Source: a virus
Taxonomy: Duplodnaviria > Caudoviricetes
Strand: one strand, 5' to 3'
Virus record (IMG/VR): IMGVR_UViG_3300044723_002977
Location: 1 to 47,506 of that record
DNA length: 47,506 bases
In this document: positions 44,065 to 47,506 of the stretch, piece after piece
How positions within the stretch are numbered: position 1 is the first letter of the stretch
Layout: each line of letters opens with the position of its first letter
Notes under the pieces: model-generated
Databases searched by the model: none
What the model was told of the DNA's origin: nothing
What the model saw: only the letters and a program-made list of their open reading frames with translations
Translations under genes and position numbers: made by a program

Positions 44065-45785
44065 TCTGCAATCCTGCTGAAGTCTTTGTGTTTCTCAAAT
44101 TTAATAGTTGAGAAGAACTTATCTGCCAATACATCACCTTTGTGTGAGATGACAAAGACGTTAGTCTCTTTACCCATCTGATGTATCAACTTCAAGAACT
44201 CATCACAACCACCACCATCCAACGAGGCATCAAACACTTCATCTAAGATTAGAAGATTGGTTGATGCGCTGTTCTTCATCTTTGCAATTGCTCGCCAAGT
44301 GAACAACAGTGACAGATCTATCCTCATCTTCTCACCTTCAGAAAAAGATGCGTATGAAAATATATCTCTATGTCTGGATTTGATTACCTCATTAAAATTT
44401 TCATCTAGTTCAAAGTTCACAAAAAAGTCCATTGCAGCAAGATACTTGTTTACCAACTTGTTCATCACTGGAACATATTGTTTGACGATACTTGTCTTGA
44501 TACCTTTGTCTCTTAACAGATCAGCTGCAACGTCGAGGAGATGTTTCATATTGACTAACTCCTCTTGCTTTTTATCTAGCTTACTTATAGCAGTTTTTAG
44601 AGTCTTGATTGCTTTTTTTGTTTCAGTATTATTGTCTTCTGTGTTGAGAATATTTTCAATCTCTTGTTGGATCTTAGACACATATGACTGCTGAGCTGTT
44701 ATCTCTGACGTCTTACCTTGTATGTTGGTTTGCTTGTTAATAATAGTATCTTGTATAGATATTATCTCGTTTAACCGGCTGTTAACAGCGTTATACTGCG
44801 TTGTGAGTTGCTCTAATGCATCATTAGTAGTACTTAACGAGTCTCTCTTACTGTCTAGTTGTTCCTTAACTATTTCAGCATTTAGATCCTGTTTACACGT
44901 TGGGCAGTTATCATTCTCTTCGAAGAACTTGATGTCCTTCTTCAACTTACGAACCTTATCTTCTATCTGAACCTCAAGCAGTTCAATCTTTTTCATCTTA
45001 GCTTTGATCTGCTCATGATCATTGATAGACTCTGACAGTTGATTAATCTCTTTGTTCAGTTCTTCTATATCAGATACCAATGACTCAATTGCTTCTTTTG
45101 TCTTGTCAATCTCAGCCTGATTGGCTTCTACTTGAGCAGTCTTGTTTTGTTGTAACTCTAACAAATAACTTTCATGTACTTGCAACTTGTCACCAGCAAG
45201 ATCTAACTTGTACTTAACATCTCTCAAGTCTTCTGAGTTCTCTGCTAGACGATCCTTCAATAGAATGTTCATAGCAGAAAAGACTTTGATGTCTAATAGA
45301 TCTTCAATGATCTCTCTTCTATGTGTGGCTGGTAGTTGCATGAAAGGAGTGAATGAAGCATTACCAAGAATCACAATCTGTGTAAATGATTTGAAGTTTA
45401 GTTTGAGAATGGTATCTTCAAGATATGCTTGATAGTCACGTGATGCACCAGGTTGGTTTATCATCTCATTGTTAACATAGATCTCAAATGGTGACGAACC
45501 GTACTTCTTGATACCACGCACAATCTTGTACTGGTTTGAACCAATAGTAAACTCAACCTCAACGAACGTACCTTTGCCGTTGATAGTATTGACTAGTTGT
45601 TGTTTAGTGATCTTTCTGAATGGCTTACCAAATAGACCAAAGCATATGGCATCAAGAATAGTACTCTTACCAGCACCATTCTCACCAACGATTAGAGTAT
45701 TTGGATGTCTGTTTAGATCAACTTCCGTAAACACATTACCAGTGGAAAGAAAGTTCTTCCACCGGATCTTTTCAAAGACAATCAT
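44061..45785 (-). CDS. gp46: Rad50/SbcC-like recombination ATPase, gp46-like
   Basis: GENGAGKS, zinc hook CPTC, FSEGE, LDEVFD, ISH. Confidence 0.96.
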   Translation of the reverse strand: MIVFEKIRWKNFLSTGNVFTEVDLNRHPNTLIVGENGAGKSTILDAICFGLFGKPFRKITKQQLVNTINGKGTFVEVEFTIGSNQYKIVRGIKKYGSSPFEIYVNNEMINQPGASRDYQAYLEDTILKLNFKSFTQIVILGNASFTPFMQLPATHRREIIEDLLDIKVFSAMNILLKDRLAENSEDLRDVKYKLDLAGDKLQVHESYLLELQQNKTAQVEANQAEIDKTKEAIESLVSDIEELNKEINQLSESINDHEQIKAKMKKIELLEVQIEDKVRKLKKDIKFFEENDNCPTCKQDLNAEIVKEQLDSKRDSLSTTNDALEQLTTQYNAVNSRLNEIISIQDTIINKQTNIQGKTSEITAQQSYVSKIQQEIENILNTEDNNTETKKAIKTLKTAISKLDKKQEELVNMKHLLDVAADLLRDKGIKTSIVKQYVPVMNKLVNKYLAAMDFFVNFELDENFNEVIKSRHRDIFSYASFSEGEKMRIDLSLLFTWRAIAKMKNSASTNLLILDEVFDASLDGGGCDEFLKLIHQMGKETNVFVISHKGDVLADKFFSTIKFEKHKDFSRIAE

Positions 45786-46009
45786 CTAACGATTTCAATC
45801 TCACTCTCAGTTTCAATTACAACTCTTGCACCGCAAGACAGCAATGGTTTATCATTGCCCCCATATAATACACGAGATGGCCCTTTAATGTCAACAGCAT
45901 GACAGTAAGTATTTGTCCTGCCTTCTTTGATAGTAATGACAGGTTCATCTGTGCCGTGTTTTTTGTTAGCTCTGATCTTATGCTGATTGACGTGTATAAA
46001 CTTTTTCAT
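45782..46009 (-). CDS. Conserved phage hypothetical protein
   Basis: IHVNQHKIRAN..PVITIK..PLLSCGARVVIET. Confidence 0.7.
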   Translation of the reverse strand: MKKFIHVNQHKIRANKKHGTDEPVITIKEGRTNTYCHAVDIKGPSRVLYGGNDKPLLSCGARVVIETESEIEIVR

Positions 46010-46241
46010 CTGTTAAATATTTCACCAAATCTGTATAGCCACCTATGTGGCGTTCACCAAAATAAATTTGAGGGACTGTTTTGAAACCCTCGGCCTTCAA
46101 CCTTGCCTTCTCTTCTGGATGCTCTTCGAGCCTTACCTCATCATATGTGAGGTCCATAGTAGAAAGTGTATGCTTTGCTCTAATACAAAAGTCGCAAGAG
46201 TCCTTTGTGTAAATTTTAAACTTCAAGGTTGATAGCTTCAT
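45978..46241 (-). CDS. Glutaredoxin (NrdC-like)
   Basis: CDFC active site, TVPQI, IGGYTDL. Confidence 0.88.
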   Translation of the reverse strand: MKLSTLKFKIYTKDSCDFCIRAKHTLSTMDLTYDEVRLEEHPEEKARLKAEGFKTVPQIYFGERHIGGYTDLVKYLTDEKVYTRQSA

Positions 46242-47283
46242 TGTAGAGATCCCTTATAAGATTATTCAGTTGTTTGTTATCACCAGCAAAATCAAGATTG
46301 TCAACATACTTTGTCAGTATAGTAAAGGTGTCTTCAGCCTCGTTGATAATCTCTTCATCTGGTTGTTTATCCAAATGTTTGTGGTCGTCAACAATAGAAA
46401 CATTCAAAGGATCAGCTTTGTATAGTCTGTCCAGCAGTAAATCAAATGCATATGGGTTCGTCTTTTGTTGAACGATTACCTTTATATATGTATCTGTATA
46501 CTTGGAGAAGTCAATGTCTGTAACTTCTTCTAAACTTTTTTCTTCATCATTGTAAACTATTTTGTGGAAGATTCTGTATGGGTTACGAATAAATTCTAGC
46601 TCTCTAGTATCAGTATCAAAGACATGAAAGCCACGATCGTCATTATAGTCACTCCAGAATATTTCATAAGGTGTCCCCAGATATGATATGTTATTCTTTG
46701 TGTGTCTATGATGAAAGTGCCCAGAACATACAAGATCAAACCTAGAAAAAACACTAGGAGATAATCCATGATCATGTTTGACTCCTCTCATAACTTGATA
46801 GCCTGATATCTCAAAATGTCCAAAGACAACCTGTGCCTTAGTTTGATTCAACTCGTCCATGCTTTCGTCAAAGTTAGATCTATTGATCCAAGGCATGAAA
46901 CAGATATCACAGCCGTCAAAGTTCTTAGTAGTTGGTTTCCAATATGAGTTAATGTTTGCAAAGTCGTCTGCAAACAGTTCTTTCATTGAGTTGATCTCAT
47001 TCGTGTTACGGAATGGTACGTCATGGTTACCAATAATAACGTGAAGGTCAATACCACGTTCTACTATTGGCTTGATAAAACGATCCTTAAAACGATTGAG
47101 AACAACAAAGTTGATATACTTGCGCCTATCAACGATATCTCCAAGATGGATGATTGTTTTAATCCCGTGCTTTTCCAAATAGGGAAAGAAAATATTATCG
47201 TGAAACTTAGAAAAGTAGTCCAAAAAAGCCACACTATCATTACGAGCACCCCAGTGCGTATCTGTCACTAACGCTATCTTCAT
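46216..47283 (-). CDS. gp47: Mre11/SbcD-like recombination nuclease, gp47-like
   Basis: TDTHWG, LGDIVD, GNHD, GHFE, SGHFH, YLGTPY. Confidence 0.95.
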   Translation of the reverse strand: MKIALVTDTHWGARNDSVAFLDYFSKFHDNIFFPYLEKHGIKTIIHLGDIVDRRKYINFVVLNRFKDRFIKPIVERGIDLHVIIGNHDVPFRNTNEINSMKELFADDFANINSYWKPTTKNFDGCDICFMPWINRSNFDESMDELNQTKAQVVFGHFEISGYQVMRGVKHDHGLSPSVFSRFDLVCSGHFHHRHTKNNISYLGTPYEIFWSDYNDDRGFHVFDTDTRELEFIRNPYRIFHKIVYNDEEKSLEEVTDIDFSKYTDTYIKVIVQQKTNPYAFDLLLDRLYKADPLNVSIVDDHKHLDKQPDEEIINEAEDTFTILTKYVDNLDFAGDNKQLNNLIRDLYNEAINLEV

Positions 47284-47506
47284 CTACCATCTTGCCATTT
47301 CATCTGTCACATAGTTAAAGTTGATCACACTTCTCACCTTTTCATCAGTATGTGTTGTTGCTGTGTGTTTAAGATTAGAATCAAAGATAGCAATTCTATT
47401 CTCAACACTCTCTACTTCTACATCACCTTCAAACACAGTCTTACCGTTATTAGTGTTCAGATAATAAACAGCAGTCTTGCATCTATATTCTGTATCTGTA
47501 TGCATA
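47284..47506 (-). CDS. 2OG-Fe(II) oxygenase superfamily protein, 5' part outside the window
   Basis: HTD, AVYYLNTNNGKT.F, NRIAIFD, H, and R..INFNY motifs. Confidence 0.75.
   Translation of the reverse strand, partial: MHTDTEYRCKTAVYYLNTNNGKTVFEGDVEVESVENRIAIFDSNLKHTATTHTDEKVRSVINFNYVTDEMARW

Overview
A 47.5 kb fragment of a T4-like (Tevenvirinae/Kyanoviridae-style) myophage genome, probably marine and probably infecting a heterotrophic alphaproteobacterium (host is inferred). Every credible gene is on the minus strand. In transcription order it holds: a partial 2OG-Fe(II) oxygenase; gp47, glutaredoxin, gp46; a kinase plus HxGH nucleotidyltransferase pair; peptide deformylase; a 7-deazaguanine DNA-modification cluster (queE, queD, folE, DpdL-like, DpdA-like, with no queC/queF in the window); dUTPase family, GT2-like protein, gp45, gp44, gp62, regA; a variable block of early genes; hsp20 with a ROSE-like thermometer; a metallothionein-like small ORF; GH108 endolysin; pstS with a Pho-box-like repeat; gp43, uvsX, gp41; a second early block with lipoproteins; a late block of probable capsid-internal proteins (PD-(D/E)XK nuclease, KxDG ligase-fold protein with a capsid-targeting-like N-terminus, 1156-aa nucleotidyltransferase polyprotein); holin and spanins; gp61, thyX, class II RNR and a partial GIY-YIG nuclease. 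The most notable observations are the putative virion-packaged ligase/nucleotidyltransferase module, the dDG-type modification cluster, matching leaderless promoter architecture on DNA polymerase and primase, the ROSE-like element, and several small ORFs missing from the ORF track. All family assignments come from motif recognition by eye; no database searches were run. No tRNA, rRNA, CRISPR array, intron or intein was seen.
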